DNA of 57,790 nucleotides from Candidatus Sericytochromatia bacterium (GTDB lineage Bacteria; Cyanobacteriota; Sericytochromatia; S15B-MN24; UBA4093): NCBI GenBank assembly GCA_036676495.1, contig JAKFCT010000101.1, positions 1 to 57,790 of the forward strand, read 5' to 3'. Shown piece by piece: positions 48,439 to 56,895 of this stretch (position 1 is its first letter; each line of letters starts with the position of its first letter). The notes under the pieces were generated by a model. It saw only the letters and a program-made list of their open reading frames with translations, ran no database searches and was not told where the DNA came from. The position numbers and the translations under genes were made by a program.

Positions 48439-49377
48439 ATGAAACGCCCTGAGTTCGAAAGCAAATCCCTGCCCAAGACGCCGCTCACGGGCCTGGCATG
48501 CGAAGCACTGGCCCAATTTGACGTCCAGTCCCTCTACGAGCCCTTGATGGGTACGGGAAGCTCCCTTTACGAATTCAAGCGCCAGGGCCTCCGCGTCCTG
48601 GGCTCGGAATGGCTGGAGGGACCGTACCGGGGGGCCAAGGCCCTCAATGACAACAACTCCGTCCGCCTCAGCGATGACCTGATCGCCCTTTTCACGCCGG
48701 GAGAAGCCCCGAACCTGGCCCATCACGCCCGGTTCGCCGCCTGGGTCGAGCGGGGCTTCTTCGATTCGAAGCAAGCCGCCTGGCTCGGTTACTGGCGCGA
48801 TCAGCTCGACACGCTCGACCCTGCGGGCGCCGGCCTCGTCCTGGTCGCCGTGAGCTGGGTGATGAACAACTGGCTGGACCGCGCCGAGATCGGCCAGCCC
48901 CCCCTGCCGGGTGGCACCGCCATGGGGTTCTACATGAAGCGCGTCAACCAGTGGGTCTGGGATAACGGCCAGTCGAACGAGACGATGCTGGGCGACTCGA
49001 TCAAGCTCGCGCAGGAGGTCTCGGCGGACGCCTGTTACCTTTACCTGCCTCCCCCCCGGGTCGCCATCGACATGCGCGACTGGCTGCTGGAAGCCTGGTG
49101 GCAAGGAGCCTCGGTTCCCGATCTGAAGGCCTTCTACGATGGGAACCCCTTCTACGGCACCCTCGAGGACTACCAGGAAGCCGTCAACGTCCTCTTCGAC
49201 CACCTCGAGCAAATCCCGCTCTGGGTCGTGCAATACCGCAGCGACGAGCTCGACCCGCTCTGGGGCGATCTCTCCGCCTGGCTGGAGCGCCGCGATCGGC
49301 TCGTCCAGCCGCATGCAGGCCTGAACGGCGACGAGGCCGGAGAGCGCCTCCTGCTCGCTCAGCGTAAATCCAGCTAA
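48439..49377 (+). CDS. Hypothetical protein resembling a degenerate DNA adenine methyltransferase
   Basis: Motif-I-like LYEPLMGTGS...FKRQGLRVLGSE; motif-IV position reads YLYLPPP instead of YLDPPY. Confidence 0.55.
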   Translation: MKRPEFESKSLPKTPLTGLACEALAQFDVQSLYEPLMGTGSSLYEFKRQGLRVLGSEWLEGPYRGAKALNDNNSVRLSDDLIALFTPGEAPNLAHHARFAAWVERGFFDSKQAAWLGYWRDQLDTLDPAGAGLVLVAVSWVMNNWLDRAEIGQPPLPGGTAMGFYMKRVNQWVWDNGQSNETMLGDSIKLAQEVSADACYLYLPPPRVAIDMRDWLLEAWWQGASVPDLKAFYDGNPFYGTLEDYQEAVNVLFDHLEQIPLWVVQYRSDELDPLWGDLSAWLERRDRLVQPHAGLNGDEAGERLLLAQRKSS

Positions 49378-49581
49378 AGACCCGGTTAAGAACGATCCAT
49401 GGGATTAATTGTCTGTTAAAAGAGGCAACCCTCCATTAACGGCCTGCGATAACTCCCTTAACCGGACGAAAGTCCGCGTTAAATCGGAGCATTCCGTGTG
49501 CCCAGGCGCCATCCCGACGATAACCCCGCCCAATCGCAGGGCATAAGATCGTCAGCAACGCCGTCGATTAGGAGGTCCCTC

Positions 49582-51555
49582 ATGGCCGATATGAACGTGA
49601 ACACCCCGCGCCCGATGACCGGGCCGCTGCGCCAGACGGCACCGCTGGGCACCTCTCCGCTCAATGCGGCTGCGGTCAACCTGCCGGTCGACGGTCCGCG
49701 CGGCACGCGGGATCTCATGGAAGCCAACCTCCCGACGGCCCTCCCCCCCGGAGCCTCGGCCCTCAGCGATCGCGCGGCAAGCAAGCTCTCCGGCCTCTCG
49801 TCGGGCGTGCGGCAGATGGTCCTCTCGGAAGGCATCACCGACGTCATGCCCACCCAGGCCAAGCAAGAGCAGATCCGGGCGAACCTCAAGCGCGAGATCA
49901 GCTCCCTGGTGCCCGGCGGCGTGACCATCGCCGACGCCGGCGCCAAGTGGTCGGCCTCCGACCTCGCCGCCCTCCACGACGTCATCAAGGCCATGCCCGC
50001 CGCCGATCGCTCGGCCCTCTCGGGGATGGTCTTCGAGCGGGACGGGGCGATCGCCATGAAGAGCGGAGACTACCATTCCAACGTTAAGAGCCTCTTCAAG
50101 GGCGAGGATCTGACCTCCGGATCCCTCGGCGGCGGCGCCTACTTCGGCCCCCAGTCCACCGGCGCCTCCGAGGAGAAGCCGGGCGGCGTCCGCGGCATGT
50201 TCACCAAGATCCGCGACTTCTTCCGCAACCTCGGCATCAAGCTCTTCAAGCCGCTGATGAACGAGCAGCAAATTGCCCAGTTCAAGAGCCAGGCGGCCGA
50301 AGGCAAGATCGTCCTCACCCACTCGGGCTCCATGGTCGCCAAGGACATGCTCGCCCACGAGATCGGGCACATGGTCCAGATGAACGGCGGCCGCTGGGAT
50401 CCCGCCAAGATCAAGGAGTTCTCGCAGCTCTCGGGCTGGACCGAGCAGTACCAGGACGGCACCCGCGAGACGGCGGACGGCATCGACAACCGCACGGGCG
50501 AGATGCTCAAGTACGAGTCGGGCATCGTCAAGCCTACCCGCGACGACAACTTCGTCTCGCAGTACGCCAAGGCCGACCCCATCGACGACTTCGCCGAGAG
50601 CTACCGGGCTTACCTCAACGACCCCGCGAGCCTGATGAAGGCCGCCCCCGAGAAGGCGCTCTTCCTGAACGCCCAGTCGGGCAAGTACACCCGCGCCGAG
50701 GTGGCCGAGTTCGCCAAGGCCGCCGGCGTCGACCTCCAGGACGTCTTCACCAACCTGGTGCTCGACGGCAAGCTCAAGCAGGAGACCCTCAACGCGATCG
50801 CCGACATGAACGGGGTGCAGGCCGACAAGCGCCGGATCTCGTCGGGCGCCGAAGCGCCCGCGGGAGACGCCCTGGCCGAGGCGACCTCCAAGATCACGGC
50901 CAAGGCCATCGTGGGCGACTCCGCCTTCGTCAACCAGCTCCTGACCAACCCTCAGCAGGCCCTGGGCGCCGAGCTCTGGGACAAGCTCTCCGCCGACGAG
51001 CAGGACATGCTCAAGGATCGCGACTTCGTCCGCGGCATCGTCTCGGACCTGGGAGCGGGGCGGGCCTCGGCGGCCTCGGCGGGCCTCAGCATCAAGATCG
51101 AGATTGCCCGCGAAGGCGTCCGGGACACCTTCGGCCTCCTGGGAGGCACCGATGGCAAGTCCCAGCAGTTCCGCACGGCGCTGGCCGCCGACCCCGAAGC
51201 CGCGCTCAAGGGTGCCGGACTCTGGGACAAGCTTCCCGAGGAGCTTCGCAAACCCTTCGTCGATCCCGCCAACCGCTCGGCCGTCCAGCAGCTCGCCCAG
51301 GCCATCTCGGCCAGCCAGCCGTCCGGCAAGATGGGCTGGCTGATCAAGGTGGGCAACCAGTCGGTCTCCCCCGAGGTGGCCGCAGCGAACCTCGAAAGCT
51401 ACGTGAAGCAGCTTCAGCCCGAGCACTTCAAGGCGTTCGCCGAGCGGCTCAACGATCCGGAGTTCGCCGGCAAGGGCGCTCAGGTCCTGCAGTCCGTCAT
51501 CAAGACGGGCCGAGCCCCTGCGATGGCGGCTGACGGTCCTGGCGGAGCCGTCTAG
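49582..51555 (+). CDS. Zincin-like metalloprotease domain fused to two NHLP/ComX-leader-like repeats (657 aa)
   Basis: AGGAGG RBS; HEIGH...FVSQYA..PIDDFAE; repeats FVNQLLTNPQQAL..LWDKL and FRTALAADPEAAL..LWDKL. Confidence 0.7.
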   Translation: MADMNVNTPRPMTGPLRQTAPLGTSPLNAAAVNLPVDGPRGTRDLMEANLPTALPPGASALSDRAASKLSGLSSGVRQMVLSEGITDVMPTQAKQEQIRANLKREISSLVPGGVTIADAGAKWSASDLAALHDVIKAMPAADRSALSGMVFERDGAIAMKSGDYHSNVKSLFKGEDLTSGSLGGGAYFGPQSTGASEEKPGGVRGMFTKIRDFFRNLGIKLFKPLMNEQQIAQFKSQAAEGKIVLTHSGSMVAKDMLAHEIGHMVQMNGGRWDPAKIKEFSQLSGWTEQYQDGTRETADGIDNRTGEMLKYESGIVKPTRDDNFVSQYAKADPIDDFAESYRAYLNDPASLMKAAPEKALFLNAQSGKYTRAEVAEFAKAAGVDLQDVFTNLVLDGKLKQETLNAIADMNGVQADKRRISSGAEAPAGDALAEATSKITAKAIVGDSAFVNQLLTNPQQALGAELWDKLSADEQDMLKDRDFVRGIVSDLGAGRASAASAGLSIKIEIAREGVRDTFGLLGGTDGKSQQFRTALAADPEAALKGAGLWDKLPEELRKPFVDPANRSAVQQLAQAISASQPSGKMGWLIKVGNQSVSPEVAAANLESYVKQLQPEHFKAFAERLNDPEFAGKGAQVLQSVIKTGRAPAMAADGPGGAV

Positions 51556-51558
51556 CGC

Positions 51559-52497
51559 GTGATCTCCTTCGAGTCCATCCTCGCAAGCGCGGAGGCCCTC
51601 ATCGAGGGCCTCCGCGCTCCCGCCTCGCTGCCCGAGCTGCTCGCCTACCCCGTGCGTAAGGCCCGCGCCCAGGCCGAGCGCAACCCGGAATGGCCGGTGC
51701 TTCGGCTACCCCTGCTATTGAGCGAAGCCTTCGGAAGCGATCCGACCGTCGCACGGGGCCTGGCGCTGGCGTCCCTGTTGCTCTACGGCTTCGCCGACCT
51801 GACGGATGACGCTCAGGACGGCGATCTCCAGGGAGACTGGGGCTGGCAGCGTGCCGTCAACGCGGGCAACGCCCTGCTCTTCTTGGCCCATCGCACCCTG
51901 CTGGAATTGCCGCTCGCGCCCGAGCGCTGCAACATCCTGACGACGGCCCTGTCCCAGGCGGGCCTCGCGATGACCCTGGGTCAAGAGCGTGATTTGCTGG
52001 CTCGCTACCCCCAGGTGCCCAGCGTGGAGACCTACTTGGAGACCATCCGGGACAAGTCGGGGGCCTCCGCAGCCTTCTTCGCGGCCGCCCCGGCGATCGC
52101 CACCGGCCAGGATCCGGCCATCCGCACGGCGCTGCACGCCTACGGCGAATGCCTCGGCAGCTATCTCCAGATCCTCAGCGACGCCGACGCCTTCGCTCAC
52201 CCGGATAGCTCCGATCTGCGCAACCGGACCGTCACGCTTCCCCTGATCATCGCGCTCCAGGCCGGCTCGCCCGGGCATCAGGAACTCGCCGAGCGGCTGG
52301 AGCAGGGTGCGCCGGGTACGGAAATCGGCCGACTGGTCTCGGAGAGCGGTGGCTTGATGTACGCGCAAGTGAAGGCACGCATGCTACAGCGCAAAGCCAT
52401 GGCTCACCTGGCGGATCTGCCACTCGATACGGCCACTCAGACCGCGCTTGAGGGGCAATTCCGCGTGCCGTCACGCTCTACAGCCTACGCCCTGTAA
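51559..52497 (+). CDS. ComQ-like prenyltransferase (class I isoprenoid synthase fold)
   Basis: DLTDDAQDGD with no downstream RRG; GQERD, KSG, pseudo-SARM QILSD, SDLRNRTVTLP, ESGGLMY. Confidence 0.8.
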   Translation: MISFESILASAEALIEGLRAPASLPELLAYPVRKARAQAERNPEWPVLRLPLLLSEAFGSDPTVARGLALASLLLYGFADLTDDAQDGDLQGDWGWQRAVNAGNALLFLAHRTLLELPLAPERCNILTTALSQAGLAMTLGQERDLLARYPQVPSVETYLETIRDKSGASAAFFAAAPAIATGQDPAIRTALHAYGECLGSYLQILSDADAFAHPDSSDLRNRTVTLPLIIALQAGSPGHQELAERLEQGAPGTEIGRLVSESGGLMYAQVKARMLQRKAMAHLADLPLDTATQTALEGQFRVPSRSTAYAL

Positions 52498-52529
52498 TCA
52501 AAGGTCCACGCCCCGGGTAAAGGGAAACT

Positions 52530-55073
52530 ATGAAGCAAGCAAAAACACGCAGCGCCTCTTCCGGGGTGCTCCTCCTCAAAATCCTCAGCCTGATCGGGTT
52601 CATCGCCTCGCTGGTCGTGGCCTTCGGCACCTTCCGGCTCATCGGCGAGCCCTTCGCCGGCTTCCGCGCCGAGCCGACCCTGACGATCTCCGCACAGAAC
52701 GATACCGCCTGGAATGGTCCCAAGCAGGGCCTGGCCACCTATGATCGCCTGCTCAAGGCCGACGGCGCGCCGCTAAAGACCCTCGCAGATCTCGAGGCAG
52801 TGGTGGCCAAGGCGCCGATCGGCACCCCGATCACTTACGACTTCCTTCGCGACAACAAGCCCATGACGGCCAAGGTCGCGACCATGACCTTCACGGGCGG
52901 GGACTTCGTCCGGAACTTCCTGCCCATGCTCGCCATCGGACTGTTGCACATCCTGATCGGCATGGTGGCCTTCTGGCTCAAGCCCCGCAACGCAGCCGCC
53001 CAAGCCCACCTGCTCATGACCCTGTCGCTGGGCCTGCTCTGCACCCTGGGCCTGGACTTCGATACCCATGGCTGGTTCTCGCGACTCTACCTGGCTGCGC
53101 TCTGCTTCATCGGCAGCAGCTTCATCCACCTGGCGCTGGTCTTCCCGGAGCCCAAGGCCTTCGTGATGAAGCGCCCGTGGCTGGCCTGGGTCCCCTACGG
53201 GATCGGCGGGCTGCTGGCTGCCGCCTGGCTGGTCGCCTTCAAGCCGGTCGGCCAGATTGTCGATCCCGACGCCGTCGCCTCCTACCTGGGTGTCCTGGAC
53301 CTCTGGGGCCTCTGGACCATGGTGGGGCTCGTCTGGCTACTGGTCAGCATCGTGTACGCGGCCTTCAAGGCCCGCACCGCGCTCAGCCGGGTACAGGCCA
53401 AGGTGGCCTTGTTCGGCGCCACGCTGGCGTACTTGCCCGGCATTTTGGTCTACATCGTCCCCATGGTGCTCGGCCTGAGCGCGTCGACCTCCAACCTGCT
53501 CATCAACCTCTCGCTGCTGGGCTTCTTGATCTTCCCGCTGACGATGGCCTACTCGATCGTCAAACACAAGATGTTCGATATCGACCTGGTCATCAAGCGG
53601 ACGATGGTCTACGCGTCCGTCGTGGCCTCCCTGGCCGGAGTGTACTTCCTTACCATCGCGCTGGTCCGCGGGGGGATCGAGCTGCTCTTCGGGGCCTCGG
53701 GCTCGACCGCCGGAAACATCCTCGCGACGGTGGTGGTCGCCATGGCCTTCGTCCCGGTCCGCAACCGGATCCAGGTCGTCATCGACCGGCTCTTCTTCCG
53801 CAACCGCTATGACTTCCGCTCGGTGCTTAGCGCCTACACCCAGTACACCAAGGAGAACCCCGAGCTGGAGACGGTGGTCTCGAAGTACCTTGAGCTGGCC
53901 GACCAGACCATGCACCCGCGGCACATGTCGGTCATGATCCGGGATCCCCGGACCCGGGCCCTTGCCGTTTACCAGACGAGCGGCATCAACCTCTTCCCGG
54001 ACGGGTTCGCCATCCCCGCCGACACTCCCGAGATCGGTGAGCTCTTCCAGGCCCGCCGGACCGGCATGCGCCCCTCCAAGGCCACCACGCGCCAGCTCTC
54101 CCACATGGACGCCCTGGGGATCGCCTTCTGCGTGCCGCTGGAGATCAAGGGCGAGATCCTGGGGATGATCAACTTCGGCCCCAAGCTCTCGGAACTGGAC
54201 TACGCCACCGAGGACCAGCAGTTGCTCGTCAACATGGGCCAGCAACTCGCGAGCGTCATTCGGATCGCCGAGATGACCAAAGCGGAAGTCAACCGGGCCC
54301 GGCTCGACGCCGAGCTGGAGACCGCCCGGAACATCCAGGCCTCGCTGCTGCCGACCGCGGCCCCCGCGCCCGACGGCCTCGAGGTCATCGGATCCTCGGT
54401 CTCGGCCTACGAGTTCGGGGGCGATTACTACGACCTGGTCACCCTGCATGACGGCCTCTTGCGCGTCGTGGTGGGCGACGTCGCCGGCAAGGGCGTGCAG
54501 GCCGCCATGGTCATGGCCATGGCCAAGAGCTGCTTCTTCAACCAGGTGCGCAGCAACCCCGACCTCCCCACGGTCATGACGGCCATCAACCGGATGATCG
54601 TCGAGACCATCGACGACAAGAAGCACCGCAAGACCACCTTGATCTACGGGGTGATCGATCCCGTGTCGAAGGTCCTGCGCTACTCCTGCGCCGGCCACCA
54701 GGCGCCTCATTACTTCAACGCGGCGACCGGCCGCGTCGAGGACCTGCCCATCCCGGGGTCGTTCCCCTTCGGCGCCTCCAAGCTCGCCAAGTACCAGGAG
54801 ATCGAGGTCTCCCTGAATTCGGGCGACGTGCTGGTCTTCTACACGGACGGCGTGACCGAAGCCGCCAACCCCGAGGGCGAAATGTTCTACGAGCTCTCCG
54901 AGGCCCCCGACGGGACCGAGATCGTGAGCGATCGCCTGAAGGACGTCATCGAGGCGAACCACGGACGGAGCGCCCAGGAGATCCACCGCGAGATCGTGAA
55001 GGCCGTGGAGCGCTGGGTGGATGGAGGCCCGCAGGGCGACGACATCACCCTGGTGGTGGTCAAGATCCAGTAA
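52530..55073 (+). CDS. Membrane sensor: TM-PDZ-multi-TM-GAF-like-SpoIIE/PP2C phosphatase
   Basis: PDZ-like GLATYDRLLKADG; about 9 hydrophobic helices; LFFRNRYDF; GGDYYD, GDVAGKG, AGH, YTDGVTE, DDITL. Confidence 0.88.
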   Translation: MKQAKTRSASSGVLLLKILSLIGFIASLVVAFGTFRLIGEPFAGFRAEPTLTISAQNDTAWNGPKQGLATYDRLLKADGAPLKTLADLEAVVAKAPIGTPITYDFLRDNKPMTAKVATMTFTGGDFVRNFLPMLAIGLLHILIGMVAFWLKPRNAAAQAHLLMTLSLGLLCTLGLDFDTHGWFSRLYLAALCFIGSSFIHLALVFPEPKAFVMKRPWLAWVPYGIGGLLAAAWLVAFKPVGQIVDPDAVASYLGVLDLWGLWTMVGLVWLLVSIVYAAFKARTALSRVQAKVALFGATLAYLPGILVYIVPMVLGLSASTSNLLINLSLLGFLIFPLTMAYSIVKHKMFDIDLVIKRTMVYASVVASLAGVYFLTIALVRGGIELLFGASGSTAGNILATVVVAMAFVPVRNRIQVVIDRLFFRNRYDFRSVLSAYTQYTKENPELETVVSKYLELADQTMHPRHMSVMIRDPRTRALAVYQTSGINLFPDGFAIPADTPEIGELFQARRTGMRPSKATTRQLSHMDALGIAFCVPLEIKGEILGMINFGPKLSELDYATEDQQLLVNMGQQLASVIRIAEMTKAEVNRARLDAELETARNIQASLLPTAAPAPDGLEVIGSSVSAYEFGGDYYDLVTLHDGLLRVVVGDVAGKGVQAAMVMAMAKSCFFNQVRSNPDLPTVMTAINRMIVETIDDKKHRKTTLIYGVIDPVSKVLRYSCAGHQAPHYFNAATGRVEDLPIPGSFPFGASKLAKYQEIEVSLNSGDVLVFYTDGVTEAANPEGEMFYELSEAPDGTEIVSDRLKDVIEANHGRSAQEIHREIVKAVERWVDGGPQGDDITLVVVKIQ

Positions 55074-55148
55074 GGCTTCACCGAAGCTTTCCCGACGGTT
55101 AACGTCACCTTCGGGCCGCACGCCCGATAACTCCGGCAGGAGGACGTC

Positions 55149-55340
55149 ATGCGCTTGGGAAGACTGATTGGATTGGTGATGATGCTGGGCCTCGTGACCG
55201 GATGCGACGTCGTCCGGGGCGGCCTCTTCGTCGCGACCGTCTCCCATTACCATGGGAAGGAAAATCCGTCTCGGGAGGCGCCGTCCCAGGAAGTTCCGGC
55301 GCGGCAGGACGTCCCGTTGCCACCCCGCGTGGCACAGTAG
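55149..55340 (+). CDS. Small lipoprotein
   Basis: AGGAGG RBS; MRLGRLIGLVMMLGLVTGC lipobox. Confidence 0.6.
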   Translation: MRLGRLIGLVMMLGLVTGCDVVRGGLFVATVSHYHGKENPSREAPSQEVPARQDVPLPPRVAQ

Positions 55341-55352
55341 GATTCTGATCGA

Positions 55353-55388
55353 AACGAGGGGGGTAGGCGAGTGCCTACCCCCCTCGTT
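55353..55388. terminator. Hairpin between convergent genes
   Basis: About 16-bp stem aacgag(G-run)taggc-gagt-gccta(C-run)tcgtt. Confidence 0.75.
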
Positions 55389-55397
55389 GCGGTGAGC

Positions 55398-55697
55398 CTA
55401 CTTATTGGTTTCCCGCTTGCCCTTCTCGATCAGGTCCTTGACCTTCTGGCCACCCTTGTGGCCGATCTCGGAGTAGAACTCGGGGCCGTATTTCTCCTTG
55501 ACCTTGTTGCCGCCAATCTCACCGCCCTTGTGGCCGATCTCGGAGTAGAACTCGGGACCGTACTTCTCCTTGACGGTCTCGCCTCCCTTGTGGCCGATTT
55601 CCGAGTAGAACTCGGGTCCGTACTCTTCCTTGACCTTCTCGCCGCCGAGATGTCCGGCTTCGCGAACGGTCATGTCTCGTTTCTCACGCTCCGCCAT
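55398..55697 (-). CDS. KGG-repeat/GsiB-Em-like general stress protein
   Basis: MTVREAG then three VKE(E/K)YGPEFYSEIGHKGG repeats; AGGAGGAGG RBS. Confidence 0.9.
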   Translation of the reverse strand: MAEREKRDMTVREAGHLGGEKVKEEYGPEFYSEIGHKGGETVKEKYGPEFYSEIGHKGGEIGGNKVKEKYGPEFYSEIGHKGGQKVKDLIEKGKRETNK

Positions 55698-55777
55698 GGT
55701 TGCCTCCTCCTACGACGTTTCCAGGAAACTCCCTCGCCTGCGGCGCGGGGCCGGGCTAGGCGTAAGCCGGAACGACA

Positions 55778-55826
55778 TGTAACGCTTTGTAACGCTGACC
55801 CTACTCTCCGCGGGAAGCCGCGTCAA
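55778..55826 (-). promoter_or_regulatory. Promoter of KGG gene 2 with a downstream GTTACA direct repeat
   Basis: Minus strand TTGACG-N17-TAGGGT, then GTTACAAA-GC-GTTACATG. Confidence 0.6.
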
Positions 55827-55916
55827 GTCTCGCTCGCGAGGGGCCCCGGAGGCGCGAATCCAGCCAAGCAGAAGCCCCGGTCCATTCGGAGCCGGGGCGG
55901 TGTCGCGGAGGTGCGG

Positions 55917-56525
55917 CTAGTGGAACTGGCGGATGACGCCGATGACCTTGCCCTGGATCAGGAGCTGGTCGGGGCGGACGTAGATGGGCTCCATCTCGGC
56001 GTTGGCGGGCTGCAGGCGCACGCGATCCGCCTCGCGGTACAGGCGCTTGAGGGTCGCTTCCTGGCCCTCGATCAAGGCCACCACGATCTCGCCGTCGTGG
56101 GCGCTGGGCTGAGGCCTCACCACCACCAGGTCTCCGGGGGCGATGTGGTCTTCGATCATGCTCTGCCCCTTCACTTCCAGGAGGTAGTTCCCCCCCTGGG
56201 CCCAGAGCCCCGCAAGATCGAGGGTTTCTTGGCCGTCTCCCAGGGCCTCGATGGGGGATCCGGCGGCGATCCGCCCGAGGATGGGCAACTCGCCCGGGGC
56301 CGCGGCGGGCTCGTCGAGGAGCTGGATGGCGCGATTCTTGCCCTTTTCCCAGCGGATCAGGCCGCGCTCGGCCAGGCCCGTGAGGTGATGGTGGATGGTC
56401 GAGGTGGACTGCAGGCCGAGGGCCGAGGCGATCTCACGGATCGAGGGGACATAGCCCTGCTCGCGCAAGGACATGCGCAGGAAATCGAGGACTTCGAGTT
56501 GGCGGGCCGGAAGCTTTGGCGTCAT
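55917..56525 (-). CDS. lexA: SOS repressor LexA
   Basis: PSIREI wHTH, IAAGSP cleavage site, VKGQSM, ATLKR. Confidence 0.96.
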   Translation of the reverse strand: MTPKLPARQLEVLDFLRMSLREQGYVPSIREIASALGLQSTSTIHHHLTGLAERGLIRWEKGKNRAIQLLDEPAAAPGELPILGRIAAGSPIEALGDGQETLDLAGLWAQGGNYLLEVKGQSMIEDHIAPGDLVVVRPQPSAHDGEIVVALIEGQEATLKRLYREADRVRLQPANAEMEPIYVRPDQLLIQGKVIGVIRQFH

Positions 56526-56635
56526 CGGGCGAATCCAATCGGTTGGAAGCTCGCATCAGGGGTGCGGGCGAGCGCTTGCTCACCTCCGCGCGACGCGACC
56601 GAAACTCGGCCGCGGCAGGCCCCGATGCCGGGATA

Positions 56636-56648
56636 AAACATGTGTTCG
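56636..56648 (-). promoter_or_regulatory. LexA (SOS/Cheo-type) box
   Basis: CGAAC-ACAT-GTTT immediately downstream of the lexA -10. Confidence 0.8.
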
Positions 56649-56678
56649 ATTCTACTGCGATCAAGCATCGCGGGTCAA
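56649..56678 (-). promoter_or_regulatory. lexA sigma70 promoter
   Basis: TTGACC-N18-TAGAAT. Confidence 0.75.
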
Positions 56679-56793
56679 GCATGATCCGGCGCGCCGCGCC
56701 GGCTCGTTCGAGGCGGGGCCATGCGGGTCGCGGCGGGCGCTCGCAGGGGGCGGCGCGGCGAATTTTCCGGGGCTGATTTTTTCCCTCAGGCTC

Positions 56794-56822
56794 TTGCCAA
56801 GGGCGAGGGCATGTTTTAGGAT
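56794..56822 (+). promoter_or_regulatory. groESL sigma70 promoter
   Basis: TTGCCA-N17-TAGGAT. Confidence 0.7.
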
Positions 56823-56830
56823 GACGGTTG

Positions 56831-56857
56831 TTAGCACTCAACCTAGACGAGTGCTAA
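56831..56857 (+). promoter_or_regulatory. CIRCE element (HrcA operator)
   Basis: Perfect TTAGCACTC-N9-GAGTGCTAA. Confidence 0.97.
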
Positions 56858-56895
56858 CAGAGTCGTATCTCACATCTTGAGGAGGTTTTCAAAGC

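Noticed and set aside
51559-52497. Ordinary FPP/GGPP or polyprenyl diphosphate synthase
   Set aside because: Lacks the RRG after the first DDxxD and a true second DDxxD; context with a PDZ-TM receptor fits ComQ-like enzymes better.
55149-55340. Candidate free-standing ComX precursor
   Set aside because: No Trp, has a lipobox, and appears to have its own promoter motif; no other small Trp-containing ORF was seen in the operon gaps.
55420-55640. Near-identical DNA repeats
   Set aside because: Explained by the KGG protein's coding repeats.
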